Shown here piece after piece: positions 29,831-40,309 of a stretch of 64,000 nucleotides of DNA. This stretch comes from a virus. Its lineage: Duplodnaviria > Heunggongvirae > Uroviricota > Caudoviricetes. Position 1 is the stretch's first letter, and every line of letters starts with the position of its first letter. The notes beneath the pieces were generated by a model. That model had not been told where the DNA came from and did not search any database. It saw only the letters and a program-made list of their open reading frames with translations. The position numbers and the translations under genes were made by a program. Location: positions 1 to 64,000 of the IMG/VR virus record IMGVR_UViG_3300033073_000554. One strand, 5' to 3'.

Positions 29831-31172
29831 TGTTCATATCTCCGTATTTTTTTCCGAATTTTATTTTAACTGGATATCCAGATTGTTCTAATATTTTCTG
29901 GATTTCCACCAATATATTCGAATCATCTGTATTATCGTAATCTATTAAAAATGCATCATATGTATACAAGATTAACTTACTACTATACGGATATAAATAT
30001 GTCTGTATTTTTTGCAACGATTTTATGTTCTGTTCGGTCTCGGCAGCTTGCTGAAGATATGAGAATAATTTACCCTTTGTCATCTCTACCAATTTAGATG
30101 ATTCGAATTTTCTACCACCTAATGTAGTCGCGTACCCATCTCTTTCAAAATTACTCCACATCTCATTTTTATATATTTCAACTTGCTTGAAGAAATCTAT
30201 ATACGAGTAAGTTGTTTCTACCTCACCATATAATTGTTTAAATGTTATCCTCTTTGACTGTTCATATTGCTCTGTATTCAATTTATCTATTCCAAAATAA
30301 TATTTTCCAAGATGCTCGTGCACATTTTCATCTAAATCAAACTTATATCCGATCAATGATGCTATTAAACGTACATGATACCCATCATAATCGTATTCAA
30401 ATAATGTTCCATCTTGCCCAAATCTGGATATTATTATATTTCGATAGTTATCATCTTTTCTCATAGAATTAAATGATATTCGATCATATTTAAATGATGG
30501 TCTACCAGTCAATGTTTTAATATTTGAAATAGGATGAATTATTCGGTCGTTTAGTTTAACACCATATTTTTCTTCAGTTAATTCTGGGTCTAAGCATATT
30601 CCAACCGACTCTATATTTGAACAAACTGATTGGTATAATTGAATATACAAATCACTGAATTCTGTCGGCGTATATTTATCAATATATTTAAGTGAGCTAT
30701 TAATAATTTCCTTACACACTTGCATATGATGACTGATTGGAATTATATTATTAAAATTTGGATATGCGTTATACCACTCAGCATATAAATTATCTACATT
30801 AACTAATTGGGTAGATATTGGTTCAAGATTAATTGAATAATTAAACCATAAATATATATCCAGATCTATAACATAAGACCTATGAATACAATTAGATATA
30901 TATGACTTATTATAGATATACTTAATACTATCCGAATTATTTAAAATAGAATATAAAACATTTATATCAAATTCATCTAAATCGAAATGATTTAATCCAA
31001 TCATACACGATTCATTTATATCTATAAAATGAATATACATGCATGATAATGTAGATGATTTATTGGACCAATGTATATATCTATCAGATAATATTGGAAT
31101 TATTATAATCGATGATGACGCATTAAGATTTTGTTCTAAATATTCAGGGGTTATCTCACTTGTCTTAATCAT
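29793..31172 (-). CDS. family-A DNA polymerase catalytic domain (minimal, no recognisable 3'-5' exonuclease)
   Basis: TLTGRPSFKYDRISFNSM (compare TGRLSSxDPNLQNIP), motif A-like LFEYDYDGYHVRLIA (DYSQIELR), motif B-like RITFKQLYGE (RxxxKxxxYG), motif C-like LYTYDAFLIDYD (HDE replaced by YDA); only 459 aa. Confidence 0.55.
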   Translation of the reverse strand: MIKTSEITPEYLEQNLNASSSIIIIPILSDRYIHWSNKSSTLSCMYIHFIDINESCMIGLNHFDLDEFDINVLYSILNNSDSIKYIYNKSYISNCIHRSYVIDLDIYLWFNYSINLEPISTQLVNVDNLYAEWYNAYPNFNNIIPISHHMQVCKEIINSSLKYIDKYTPTEFSDLYIQLYQSVCSNIESVGICLDPELTEEKYGVKLNDRIIHPISNIKTLTGRPSFKYDRISFNSMRKDDNYRNIIISRFGQDGTLFEYDYDGYHVRLIASLIGYKFDLDENVHEHLGKYYFGIDKLNTEQYEQSKRITFKQLYGEVETTYSYIDFFKQVEIYKNEMWSNFERDGYATTLGGRKFESSKLVEMTKGKLFSYLQQAAETEQNIKSLQKIQTYLYPYSSKLILYTYDAFLIDYDNTDDSNILVEIQKILEQSGYPVKIKFGKKYGDMNSVVGKLKNNSAA

Positions 31173-31205
31173 TATAAGTATAAGTAAGCTGCAAATATAG
31201 TGTAA

Positions 31206-31772
31206 TTATTTGTACATTTCCAAATAATTTGTCAAATATTTTTTTACTCCCAATAATATTGTGTTTATTTTGTCGGCTGCACGGGAGTTTAAGACAATTG
31301 CTTCATCTGAAGAAACCAAAGAAATGTACCAAGTTATTGATGAACCTTTCCAAATTACGCCATTTATCCCGGGGTTATTATCCGTGTTGATCGTGTTATA
31401 CTGATCGGCGTCAATTTCCATATTCGTATTTTCTGGACTGTTTCGCTTTTGTACAAAATATCGTTGTATTTTACCGCGTTTATAATCTTCAGCAGTTGGT
31501 CTAGGTTGATATGGTCTTGGGCTAACGTATTTACCGATATCAACCTTCTTAAGACGGTTATATACTTTCACACTTTCACTTATATCAAGGCGGCGTTCAA
31601 ATAATTGTTTACTGTTTATAGTGGGTTGCGCATGAGTAAAAATTTGTGAATTTGGTAAGACATGATATGCACCAATATATTCGTCACCATTTTCGAGTAC
31701 ATATTCACCACCGGGTGTATATTTACCCGAAATAATCTGATGTAATCCGTAATATGGTTTCCTAACTGGCAT
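31206..31772 (-). CDS. hypothetical protein
   Basis: 188-aa ORF. Confidence 0.45.
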   Translation of the reverse strand: MPVRKPYYGLHQIISGKYTPGGEYVLENGDEYIGAYHVLPNSQIFTHAQPTINSKQLFERRLDISESVKVYNRLKKVDIGKYVSPRPYQPRPTAEDYKRGKIQRYFVQKRNSPENTNMEIDADQYNTINTDNNPGINGVIWKGSSITWYISLVSSDEAIVLNSRAADKINTILLGVKKYLTNYLEMYK

Positions 31773-31777
31773 TGTAT

Positions 31778-33781
31778 TTAAATTTCCTTTAAATTTTTAG
31801 AATATGACATTAATCCTTCCACGGTTGTAGACCAATCCGATTCCTCAAATATGTGGGTAACAGATTGTACTCTGAAATATAATCCAGCACTTCTCCATTC
31901 CTTCAATAATTGTGTGGTTGAAATTGCACACCCCGGGACTAGTCCCCAAATTCCATCTAACTGGGCGGTGAGTTGCATCCCCGGCCAGTGAATGGTCTCC
32001 GATTCAACTGCCTTTGGTCTATTTCTAAACAAGGTTGACATAGTAGATTTTAGAGCACCTATATGTTTTCCATCAAAATTTGATTTACCGAGCACCCCGG
32101 GGTTATATACCAATTCTTTAAATGCAACCAGTGCTTCTTTCCATGATTTCTCACGGGCTTTATCTAAATCTGGAGTACATTGTCGCATCACTGTACTCGG
32201 ATCTCCTTTACGTGAATTTCCAATAAACATAGACGCTCTATATTCTTCCGATCCTACATTCGATTGTATATCGCACGTTCTGGTTGTACCATCACCATCT
32301 ATTGGATTCAATACTACACAATCTATCTTAGTTTTACCACCAGAATTCTGATCAACTATAATAAACGTATTTTTATCCTCGTCTTCGACATCTTCAACTA
32401 ATCTTAATGCTAACGTTCCACCAGTAGCATCTCCAATCATGTCGAAAATTTTCTTGAAAAAATCCGCCAATGATATAACTTCATCTTTAGTATCTTTTAC
32501 CCCGGTTGAATCCGCCTTCGCTTCTTCGACTTTAGTTGCTGCCGATAATGCTGCTTTAACTACATCTTTATGCACCAATATTTTTTTCAAATCGATGATA
32601 TCACCACTTGAACATGTCACTGCCGCTGCATTTGAAAGTTTTTCTTCAAAATCTTTTCCAGCACTCGATTTTTCCGATTTATAGTTTCCCCGACGTTGCC
32701 CCAATAATAAAACGGTAAGTGGGTCTCCAGATCGTATTGGCGGTGGAAATGTGGCATAAGAATAATCTTTACTAAATTCTATTTTCAATTTAGAAAAATC
32801 CGTTTTATCCTTTTCACCAACTCCACGAATCACGGTTTTTAATAATTGATCGTTGACTATTCTATTTACAATATATCCGAGTGTAACGTAAACTTGGTAT
32901 TTACCATCTACTTGATCCGACTCAGTTATACCAATCCAATTTGTAAACTTAGAAAATGCCCGCTCTTGTAACTTCAAAATATGATTAGATGTAAATAGTG
33001 CCATAGCAGCATCTCTGAATTTGACACTTCCCGGGTCATATCCAGTGAGATCTTTCTCCGTGAATACTTGACCATCCTTCAACACATCCAACGAATCTTG
33101 ACCATTTCTCTGAGCATCTGATGCAATTAATTCCATTATTGATCTAACAGTCATAATATCTGTTGAATCGTGCTCACCAGCAATATCATATTTTAGTGAA
33201 CCATCACCAACGATATTTAACATATCAGTTCCCTTTAAAGCTGTAGCAGATGATACGGCAGTGAAATTACATATCCACGATCCATGTTCACCAGTGGTGA
33301 ACCCAAATGTAGCAGTTCGCCAACCCGACAATGTTTTACCCTGTGATTTTGAGTGCCAAACTGAATCAGCGGATGCATATCCAAATTTTACTGTTATCTT
33401 ATTACCCGGGAGTAAAAATGTTTCTACCACACTTTTAAAATCCTTCTCATTAAAACATTGTATCGTAGCCGATAGTTTTTGGGCTAACCCCCAATCACCG
33501 CCATATTCAATAGATACTCGTTGTAATAGTGGACTTGGTTTAAAATTACCACCGCCATATGTTTGTGCCCACGTTGATTCATTAACTGGTAAGGTGATAT
33601 TCGGAGCAGTTGGATTACACGATCCACATACTCCACTAAGTTGTACCCACGCTGGGTTTCTAGCTTGACCTGATTTACCTAAAACTCCACGCGTACTTTT
33701 TACTAACCCACGCCTTTCTAATATCGTGTTCTTAAAATTTTCCCTATCAAGTGGGTTTCGTGCATATAGTGATTCACTCAT
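31778..33781 (-). CDS. large tail/baseplate-associated structural protein (hub candidate)
   Basis: 667-aa ORF immediately distal to the TMP / LysM genes; assignment by position only. Confidence 0.4.
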   Translation of the reverse strand: MSESLYARNPLDRENFKNTILERRGLVKSTRGVLGKSGQARNPAWVQLSGVCGSCNPTAPNITLPVNESTWAQTYGGGNFKPSPLLQRVSIEYGGDWGLAQKLSATIQCFNEKDFKSVVETFLLPGNKITVKFGYASADSVWHSKSQGKTLSGWRTATFGFTTGEHGSWICNFTAVSSATALKGTDMLNIVGDGSLKYDIAGEHDSTDIMTVRSIMELIASDAQRNGQDSLDVLKDGQVFTEKDLTGYDPGSVKFRDAAMALFTSNHILKLQERAFSKFTNWIGITESDQVDGKYQVYVTLGYIVNRIVNDQLLKTVIRGVGEKDKTDFSKLKIEFSKDYSYATFPPPIRSGDPLTVLLLGQRRGNYKSEKSSAGKDFEEKLSNAAAVTCSSGDIIDLKKILVHKDVVKAALSAATKVEEAKADSTGVKDTKDEVISLADFFKKIFDMIGDATGGTLALRLVEDVEDEDKNTFIIVDQNSGGKTKIDCVVLNPIDGDGTTRTCDIQSNVGSEEYRASMFIGNSRKGDPSTVMRQCTPDLDKAREKSWKEALVAFKELVYNPGVLGKSNFDGKHIGALKSTMSTLFRNRPKAVESETIHWPGMQLTAQLDGIWGLVPGCAISTTQLLKEWRSAGLYFRVQSVTHIFEESDWSTTVEGLMSYSKNLKEI

Positions 33782-33783
33782 TT

Positions 33784-34089
33784 TTATAATTGTTTTTCAA
33801 TGAATTGTTCTTGTAATTGATCGTATTCCAATGGATATGGTATACGAATTCTGATTCCTGTTGGTATTCGAAGGGTTGCAGCATGCAGCGTATTAGCTTT
33901 AGCAATGATTACCCATAACCTAGAATCTCCATAATATTCATACGCTAATAAATCTAATCTAGACATCTTATTCGCAATTATATATACATCAGATGCTTTT
34001 GGTTCCATTTTTGGATAATATAGTGATGCATATCGACGTTTACCTTGTGATGCTGTTATAATTTCTGAAAATTCTAAATATCTTAACAT
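33784..34089 (-). CDS. LysM-like small tail protein
   Basis: YIIANKMSRLDLLAYEYYGDSRLWVIIAKANTL resembles a LysM-like fold; the position after the TMP is typical of contractile-tail gene clusters. Confidence 0.45.
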   Translation of the reverse strand: MLRYLEFSEIITASQGKRRYASLYYPKMEPKASDVYIIANKMSRLDLLAYEYYGDSRLWVIIAKANTLHAATLRIPTGIRIRIPYPLEYDQLQEQFIEKQL

Positions 34090-34667
34090 TATTCTGTTCC
34101 TCCAAAGAATGAATATTTACCATTATCATATTTCGGTCTATTACCATCCGCATCAGTTAATATTTGAATTCCAATACTTACACTAGTTACGACTGGTCGT
34201 TCATCTACCCACGGTGTCGCGTTATCCCAGCTATAATCCAATGATGTGATGTAACCATACCCACTCAATATTTTACCAATTTCAAATAATATGTGTGGAG
34301 CATTATACCCATTACCAGATTTCATTATAGGTAAAGTTAAATCTCCTAACCGTTGCAACTTATTGAAATTTGACAACGGACCGCCATTTTTAGGTGGCTT
34401 ATGCTGTTCCTTTTCTTCAGTTACAACGTAAAAGCTTATTTGAACCGATCTGGAATATGATTTATACATAACCTTCGGATCAGCTCGTCCCATATCAAAA
34501 AATTGATCCCAAGATGGATTACTGTTAGTTGTGATACTATCAATGTATCCAACAAATTCTATAACATCTGGATCGACTTTTCCAGACCCGGGAATAACGG
34601 GTATAAATTTAAATGTAGATATCCCCGCGTTTGCTCCAGATCTCTTACTATTTGGGTTTGCTGCCAT
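34089..34667 (-). CDS. tail structural protein (post-TMP)
   Basis: 192-aa ORF, start/stop-coupled to neighbours. Confidence 0.4.
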   Translation of the reverse strand: MAANPNSKRSGANAGISTFKFIPVIPGSGKVDPDVIEFVGYIDSITTNSNPSWDQFFDMGRADPKVMYKSYSRSVQISFYVVTEEKEQHKPPKNGGPLSNFNKLQRLGDLTLPIMKSGNGYNAPHILFEIGKILSGYGYITSLDYSWDNATPWVDERPVVTSVSIGIQILTDADGNRPKYDNGKYSFFGGTE

Positions 34668-34669
34668 TA

Positions 34670-37600
34670 TTATCCGTTATTATTAAGTGCTTTAGTTCGA
34701 TTATTAAGATGTTTAACTGTTCCATCATCAAATTGAATAACCAACGGTCTAGAATTAACTGTCATAAACGCGGTTAATATTTGATTTAAAATTAATTCCA
34801 TTTTAGCATTTGGATTACCACCACCCGATGATTTACCAAATCCAAATGAACTATTATTAGGTGCGGTAGAATTATTTGTATCCACTCCAGCATTTACTGG
34901 TGGTATATGATTTATAGATGTATGTTGACCAGTTTCTCTAGGAGACGGTGGAGCTGGTGCAGCGATCGGTTTTTGATATGCAGTTGGTGGTATACTCGCT
35001 GTAGAATATGATGGAGTTCCAACTGATATTGAAGATAATTTCGATAAGTCTTTTAAATCTGCCTCACCTAAATTTTTAGATAATAATCCAATTGATTCTC
35101 CTAACATTCTAACTGCATTAGCTGCAATATTCAGAGGATCTGCAATATCTGCAAATTTTTGAAGTTTCTCTATTGGATCACCACCAAAGAAATCACCAAT
35201 TGCAGAACCTATTCCAGCTAATGCCGAACCACCACCAAATGCGATCAATGCCGCAGATAGAACTCCAAGTGCTACAGCGGTTCCAGTCAATTGTACAGGA
35301 TCTGCCATGGATAATGCGCTAAACATACTTACTAACGACGCGCCTACAGTTGTTATCACTTCAGATAATCCACTGAATACTTTTCCAATCAAATCACCGA
35401 ACGCACCCATCGCTGGAGTTGCAATGTTTAATGCGACTGCCAATGGTATTAATGCTAATCCTAGTGCACCTAGTGCAATTGCCCCGGGGATAATTAGTGA
35501 TGATGCCGCCCCTAATAATGCACCAGCTGCGCCCAATCCTACTATTGCTACACCAATTTTAGCCATATCTTCCCACGATGTATCAGCCATATTTTGAATC
35601 GCCTTAGATAAGACCCACACTGAACTTGATAATACTAATAGTGCAGCTGCACCAACCAAGGCTTTTGGACTAAATGTATTCAGCCCCTTACCAATCCCGG
35701 ATAAAACTCCTTCAATTGCAGATCCAATACCCTTACCTAGCGATTCCAACGATTTACTAACAAACGCTACCATTTTATCACCGATTCCTACTAGCGATTT
35801 AACTGCTGAATTTAACATATCTCCCAACGATTTAACTAAATCACTGCCAATTCCAACCAATTCTTTAACAATTCCACGGAAACTAGCTGCCCATTTCTTA
35901 GCGGCTGCCATAAAGGTAGATACCCCATCTGTTAGTGTCGATACTATACCACCACCCTTCTCTTTCTTTGCCGTTTTCGATACTTTATCAGATATACTTT
36001 CGCCGACATTTTCAGTCAATGTTGGAGCTTCAGCTTTTTTACCAAGTACCTTATCCTTTATTTTATCCACAATTCCACCGAATGTATCTTTTAACCACGA
36101 AGTTTTTTCTTTCACTTCAGATGGATCACCAACTACTTGCGACATCAATGATTCACCACTCATACCTTTTTTAATAAATGTAAATAATTTCGAGGCTCCA
36201 GACCCCATACTTCCAATTGCTCCAACAGCTTGTTTTAGTCCGAATTTCCAAGCTAGTATTCCACCACCGACATATTTAATGATTTGCCCAAGATTTGATG
36301 TACCATCGTATAATGATGCCACATTTGTAGTCGCATGGTCAACGTTTGTTGCAATGTCTTTAACAGTGTGAGATACTTTTTCCGTTTCAGTATGTGCATC
36401 CCCAAATAATGAAACAAACCAACCTATTGGTTTAAATAATGCTCCAAATATTTCAGCCATACCTGAAATGCCGACGCCAATCAATTTAAATACATTTACA
36501 ATACCATTTAATAATGGGTGTATATGATCTATCATATCAGCAAACCCACTAACCGCTGGTAGTATAGCTTGAATTAAAACATTTTTAATTTTTTCCATTG
36601 CGACATGCAATGTTTTAGTATTATCTATAGATTTTAATCGATCATCTATTTCCTTTTCAGTTATACCATTTATATCACCCAATACATCATAATTATCCCG
36701 AAGCATTTGCTGATGTTTTGGATCAAGATTTGCCATTTGTTTCTCTAATGATAATGACTTAGTTAATTCATCAACAGACATTCCAAGTGTTGATGCCATT
36801 TTTTTCTTAGTTAAATATGACATCTCATTGAATTGCTCTAATCCACCAGTTGTGCGCATCACTTCTTTCATCATCCCCGTTAAATCACCACTTAACCCCA
36901 ATTCAAACGCCTGAGATAAATCTGGTCCACCCATTGCGTTCAATTCGTACATATCTGTCATAAAACCGTCGATGTTCAACATCTTATCTGCAATACCACC
37001 AACTTGCTTTAACGTCACTCCCATCGCCCTAGTGGCTATTGTAGCAGCAATCGCCTTATCTTTCATCCCACCATAGTAAGTTGCTACCAATTCCGCATTA
37101 TCAACTAAGTCTTTACCTATCAATTCTGGGTCAAATCCTGATTTCTCAGCAGCCTTGTACATTCCAGCAGTTAATTTAACAGCGTCTTCCATGGATGATC
37201 CGAGCTGCATTAATGTTTGTACCGCACCTACAGTTGTACTTGCTCCAACTGAATATGCAGCTGATACTTTATCAATAGATTCGGCTATCTGTGCTCCAGC
37301 TTGAGTTGACATATACCCAGCTAATCCAGTTTGTTCAACATATGCTGACTGTACTTCAAGTAAGTCTTTCATGGTACTGAATTGGTTGTGAGAAGACTCT
37401 AATACCTTCATATTATTGAAATACAACTGCTTCGCTTGTTTGGCAGACATTCCAACTTCATTTCCAATTTCTTTATATTTAGCTGACAACATTTCTGTCG
37501 CCTTAAATACGCCAGCCAATACTATTGCAAACCCAGCACCGAATCCAAGTGATGTTTTTAATCCTTTACCCCATCCACCAAATGCTGTCCGCATCGCTTG

Positions 37601-38818
37601 TGCGGTTCCTTTACCTTGAGATAATTCAGATGTAAACGTTTTTATAGCCTTAGTGTTATTTGCGGCTAATCCATCCAATGACTGTTCTATTTGTAAAAAC
37701 GATTTTAGTCCAGATGGTAAAATATCACTCATTTCTCGGAGACTCTGAACTAAGTTATCCCCAGCGACCTTTCCGGCTCGCAATGCTGGTCTAAATTTCA
37801 TGATAAGTTTTAAATTCTCACTATTTTGAGAATACATATCATGATACATCTTCAACTGGTTTTTAGACTGCCGGGCACTCAATAATGCAACCTTCTGATG
37901 TGCTTCCAATTTCTTGAATCTAGCATCTTCAGTCATCCCAATCTCGGTTTCAATATCTAATAGTTCTTTATACTCATTTACTCTACCACTTATTTTTTCT
38001 TCAGCTTTTATACGATTATCACCACTTAAATTTGTTTTAGTCTTTTTATCTTGAAGTTGACCACTTGTAGTCATCCTAAGACCTTCTTCAGCCATTACTA
38101 AATCTTCCAATTTAACATCCAAGTCATTCGACATTTCCTGAATGGACGCCAGTGCAGTATTTTTTATCTTATCGATTTCAGAAATCAGTTGATCGCCATT
38201 TAGATTAACTTTACCGTTTAATTCAAAAGTCTTAGATCCGACATTTGCCATCACTTCCCGTATACTACTCATTTTATCTAATAAGTCACCACTTGTATCA
38301 ACGTCCATTTTAAATACATCTTTAAACTTGGATTGTAGTTTAACGCGATGTTGTAATTGAGATACAATATCAGATCCACTCTTAGAAGATTGTTTTAATA
38401 GCTTGGCTTGATCATATAAATAATCTGAATAATTGGAAGCTTCAGAATTTATCTGAATTGATTTGTCATATCGTTTCTCTTCAAGTTCTTGGATCTTTTT
38501 TAATGACTTAATTTGATCGTCTGACATTTTTACAATATCAAGATATTGGTCGGCGACATCTTCAGACATTTTTAAAGTATCTTTAAAATACTTTTTCAAT
38601 TTTTTCTGGTCGCCCATCATTTCAGATGTGAAAACCGAACTTACGTCTTGTAATTGCTCTTTTGTAGTGATGATACCATCTGATATCATCTTATCAACTG
38701 CACCAAATGCCTGTTTAGCCTCTGATAGCCCAGAAGTAATACTAGTTAAAGATTGTAAAAATGATTTTAATACATCTCTAAGTTCTTGAATAGTCTTTTT
38801 TGGATCATCGGCTGCCAT
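34670..38818 (-). CDS. tail tape measure protein
   Basis: 1382 aa with long coiled-coil N-terminal half, Gly/Ala-rich hydrophobic segments (GLGAAGALLGAASSLIIPGAIALGALGLALIPLAVALNIATPAMGAFG) and a C-terminal low-complexity tail; sits between the chaperone pair and hub genes. Confidence 0.75.
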   Translation of the reverse strand: MAADDPKKTIQELRDVLKSFLQSLTSITSGLSEAKQAFGAVDKMISDGIITTKEQLQDVSSVFTSEMMGDQKKLKKYFKDTLKMSEDVADQYLDIVKMSDDQIKSLKKIQELEEKRYDKSIQINSEASNYSDYLYDQAKLLKQSSKSGSDIVSQLQHRVKLQSKFKDVFKMDVDTSGDLLDKMSSIREVMANVGSKTFELNGKVNLNGDQLISEIDKIKNTALASIQEMSNDLDVKLEDLVMAEEGLRMTTSGQLQDKKTKTNLSGDNRIKAEEKISGRVNEYKELLDIETEIGMTEDARFKKLEAHQKVALLSARQSKNQLKMYHDMYSQNSENLKLIMKFRPALRAGKVAGDNLVQSLREMSDILPSGLKSFLQIEQSLDGLAANNTKAIKTFTSELSQGKGTAQAMRTAFGGWGKGLKTSLGFGAGFAIVLAGVFKATEMLSAKYKEIGNEVGMSAKQAKQLYFNNMKVLESSHNQFSTMKDLLEVQSAYVEQTGLAGYMSTQAGAQIAESIDKVSAAYSVGASTTVGAVQTLMQLGSSMEDAVKLTAGMYKAAEKSGFDPELIGKDLVDNAELVATYYGGMKDKAIAATIATRAMGVTLKQVGGIADKMLNIDGFMTDMYELNAMGGPDLSQAFELGLSGDLTGMMKEVMRTTGGLEQFNEMSYLTKKKMASTLGMSVDELTKSLSLEKQMANLDPKHQQMLRDNYDVLGDINGITEKEIDDRLKSIDNTKTLHVAMEKIKNVLIQAILPAVSGFADMIDHIHPLLNGIVNVFKLIGVGISGMAEIFGALFKPIGWFVSLFGDAHTETEKVSHTVKDIATNVDHATTNVASLYDGTSNLGQIIKYVGGGILAWKFGLKQAVGAIGSMGSGASKLFTFIKKGMSGESLMSQVVGDPSEVKEKTSWLKDTFGGIVDKIKDKVLGKKAEAPTLTENVGESISDKVSKTAKKEKGGGIVSTLTDGVSTFMAAAKKWAASFRGIVKELVGIGSDLVKSLGDMLNSAVKSLVGIGDKMVAFVSKSLESLGKGIGSAIEGVLSGIGKGLNTFSPKALVGAAALLVLSSSVWVLSKAIQNMADTSWEDMAKIGVAIVGLGAAGALLGAASSLIIPGAIALGALGLALIPLAVALNIATPAMGAFGDLIGKVFSGLSEVITTVGASLVSMFSALSMADPVQLTGTAVALGVLSAALIAFGGGSALAGIGSAIGDFFGGDPIEKLQKFADIADPLNIAANAVRMLGESIGLLSKNLGEADLKDLSKLSSISVGTPSYSTASIPPTAYQKPIAAPAPPSPRETGQHTSINHIPPVNAGVDTNNSTAPNNSSFGFGKSSGGGNPNAKMELILNQILTAFMTVNSRPLVIQFDDGTVKHLNNRTKALNNNG

Positions 38819-38824
38819 AAGTCA

Positions 38825-39097
38825 TTAATTCCAATTAGCCTTAAATCCCTGATTTTTACTGGGTTCATCTAATCGACCGGGCTTACATATTTCATCATCT
38901 GGATACTCATCACAATATTTTTTTAGCGAAGCCGCCATCTTATCAGCATTTATTTTTATTTGTTGCAACGTGGATTTGACTTCTTTATCATCCATATGCT
39001 TGATGCTATTATTTATCTCTTTTTTCATTCTTGAAAATGAGAATAATTTTAGGAGAAATCCAAATACTCCTTCAGTGTAGATTTTTCTTTCGCTCAT
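38825..39097 (-). CDS. hypothetical protein
   Basis: 90-aa ORF. Confidence 0.35.
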   Translation of the reverse strand: MSERKIYTEGVFGFLLKLFSFSRMKKEINNSIKHMDDKEVKSTLQQIKINADKMAASLKKYCDEYPDDEICKPGRLDEPSKNQGFKANWN

Positions 39098-39119
39098 ATA
39101 TATAACTAGTAAATTTTAA

Positions 39120-39380
39120 TTACTTCCTACGCGCAGCTTTTTCGTTAGCTTCAGCGATAGCTTTATTACGCTGCTCAATAATATCAGCCATCTTAGTATA
39201 ATAAAATGCTCGTAGGTTAACTGGCATAGCTACCAAATCTGAATATGGAAACCCACCTTGACCGTAGAATGCTAAATCAAAAATTTGATCATAGACCTTT
39301 TGGTTATAATCCAGCGTCAGGCCAAAAAAAGTCCAATCCGATGGAAATGTTAGAGTGAAAGGGTTCGCCTGTATCCTCAT
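39120..39380 (-). CDS. tail assembly chaperone extension ORF (reached by +1 shift or slippage)
   Basis: overlaps the 39304..40233 ORF by 77 nt in the +1 frame; a fusion would read ...GLDFFGLTLDYNQ... Confidence 0.4.
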   Translation of the reverse strand: MRIQANPFTLTFPSDWTFFGLTLDYNQKVYDQIFDLAFYGQGGFPYSDLVAMPVNLRAFYYTKMADIIEQRNKAIAEANEKAARRK

Positions 39381-40233
39381 CCGTTAATTGGATCGACATA
39401 TCTACCCCGGGTTGAATATCGGCAACATATTTTCTAAATGCTCTAGAATCTTTAACTTTAAAATCAGTTTCAATGAACATTTTTATCATTTTTTTATCGG
39501 TTTCACCATTAACTGATTCTATCATTTGCAACATTCGGGTAGATAACTTAGTATCTCTAGAATCTGTTCCATGTTTAACTTTTTTAGATACTTCATTTAT
39601 TTGTTTCTCATCACCAGTTGTTAGCATTTTAAATCTAATTACATCTCCAGCACTAGTAGTATATGTAAATGAATTTTGCCCCTTAACATAATCTGATATA
39701 TTAAATTCTTTAGATTTTATTTCATTTAAATCGACATTAACTTTAACAGTTTTACCAGATGGTGTTGTAACCGATGTTTCATATATTTCACCGTATCCAT
39801 ATATTCTAGCTGCGATCATTATTGCGTCCCTATCAGCAACCAATAACGTATCATAATCTATTTTTGACACAATTAATGATTGGAATAATTTATCTAATAC
39901 TATACCCTTCGCAATATATGATTCAGTTGTTAAAATATCTTCTTCCTTTGCAGTCATAAATTTCATTTCAACATATCCTAATGATAATGGATTATCTTCT
40001 GGATATAATAAACCTCGAGATGGTAAATCTACTACTAATGTTGGATATGCTGATTTTTTGTTCTCGGAAATTATTTCCTGAAGATGATTTGCCGTAGGAT
40101 TTTGGATATTTGTGTTTGGAGCAGCTGGTGCAGAAAATTGTGGTGCATTTTGTTGCTCTAGTGTAGCATCTGTAACCTTTAATGGTTGATCAAGTCTATT
40201 GGGATTTCCCGGCATTGTGATAGTTGTGCTCAT
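39304..40233 (-). CDS. tail assembly chaperone candidate (upstream ORF of an overlapping pair)
   Basis: located between the tube and TMP genes; its 3' end overlaps the next ORF at an A7/T7 tract. Confidence 0.45.
   Translation of the reverse strand: MSTTITMPGNPNRLDQPLKVTDATLEQQNAPQFSAPAAPNTNIQNPTANHLQEIISENKKSAYPTLVVDLPSRGLLYPEDNPLSLGYVEMKFMTAKEEDILTTESYIAKGIVLDKLFQSLIVSKIDYDTLLVADRDAIMIAARIYGYGEIYETSVTTPSGKTVKVNVDLNEIKSKEFNISDYVKGQNSFTYTTSAGDVIRFKMLTTGDEKQINEVSKKVKHGTDSRDTKLSTRMLQMIESVNGETDKKMIKMFIETDFKVKDSRAFRKYVADIQPGVDMSIQLTDEDTGEPFHSNISIGLDFFWPDAGL
39314..39320 (-). other. slippery homopolymer (T7 on the coding strand, A7 on plus) in the chaperone overlap
   Basis: GAC TTT TTT TGG; a +1 P-site slip or polymerase slippage joins the two ORFs. 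Confidence 0.4.
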
Positions 40234-40309
40234 ACGTGTATAACTTTTGTTTTAATGTTTATAAATCGAATATATATAGTTTTATTTTTACAATTTTTTC
40301 TACATCACA

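Noticed and set aside
39304-39380. Canonical -1 programmed frameshift in the chaperone overlap
   Set aside because: Frame arithmetic puts the downstream ORF in the +1/-2 frame, and the heptamer is not an X_XXY_YYZ site in the zero frame. Only a +1 slip or homopolymer slippage fits.
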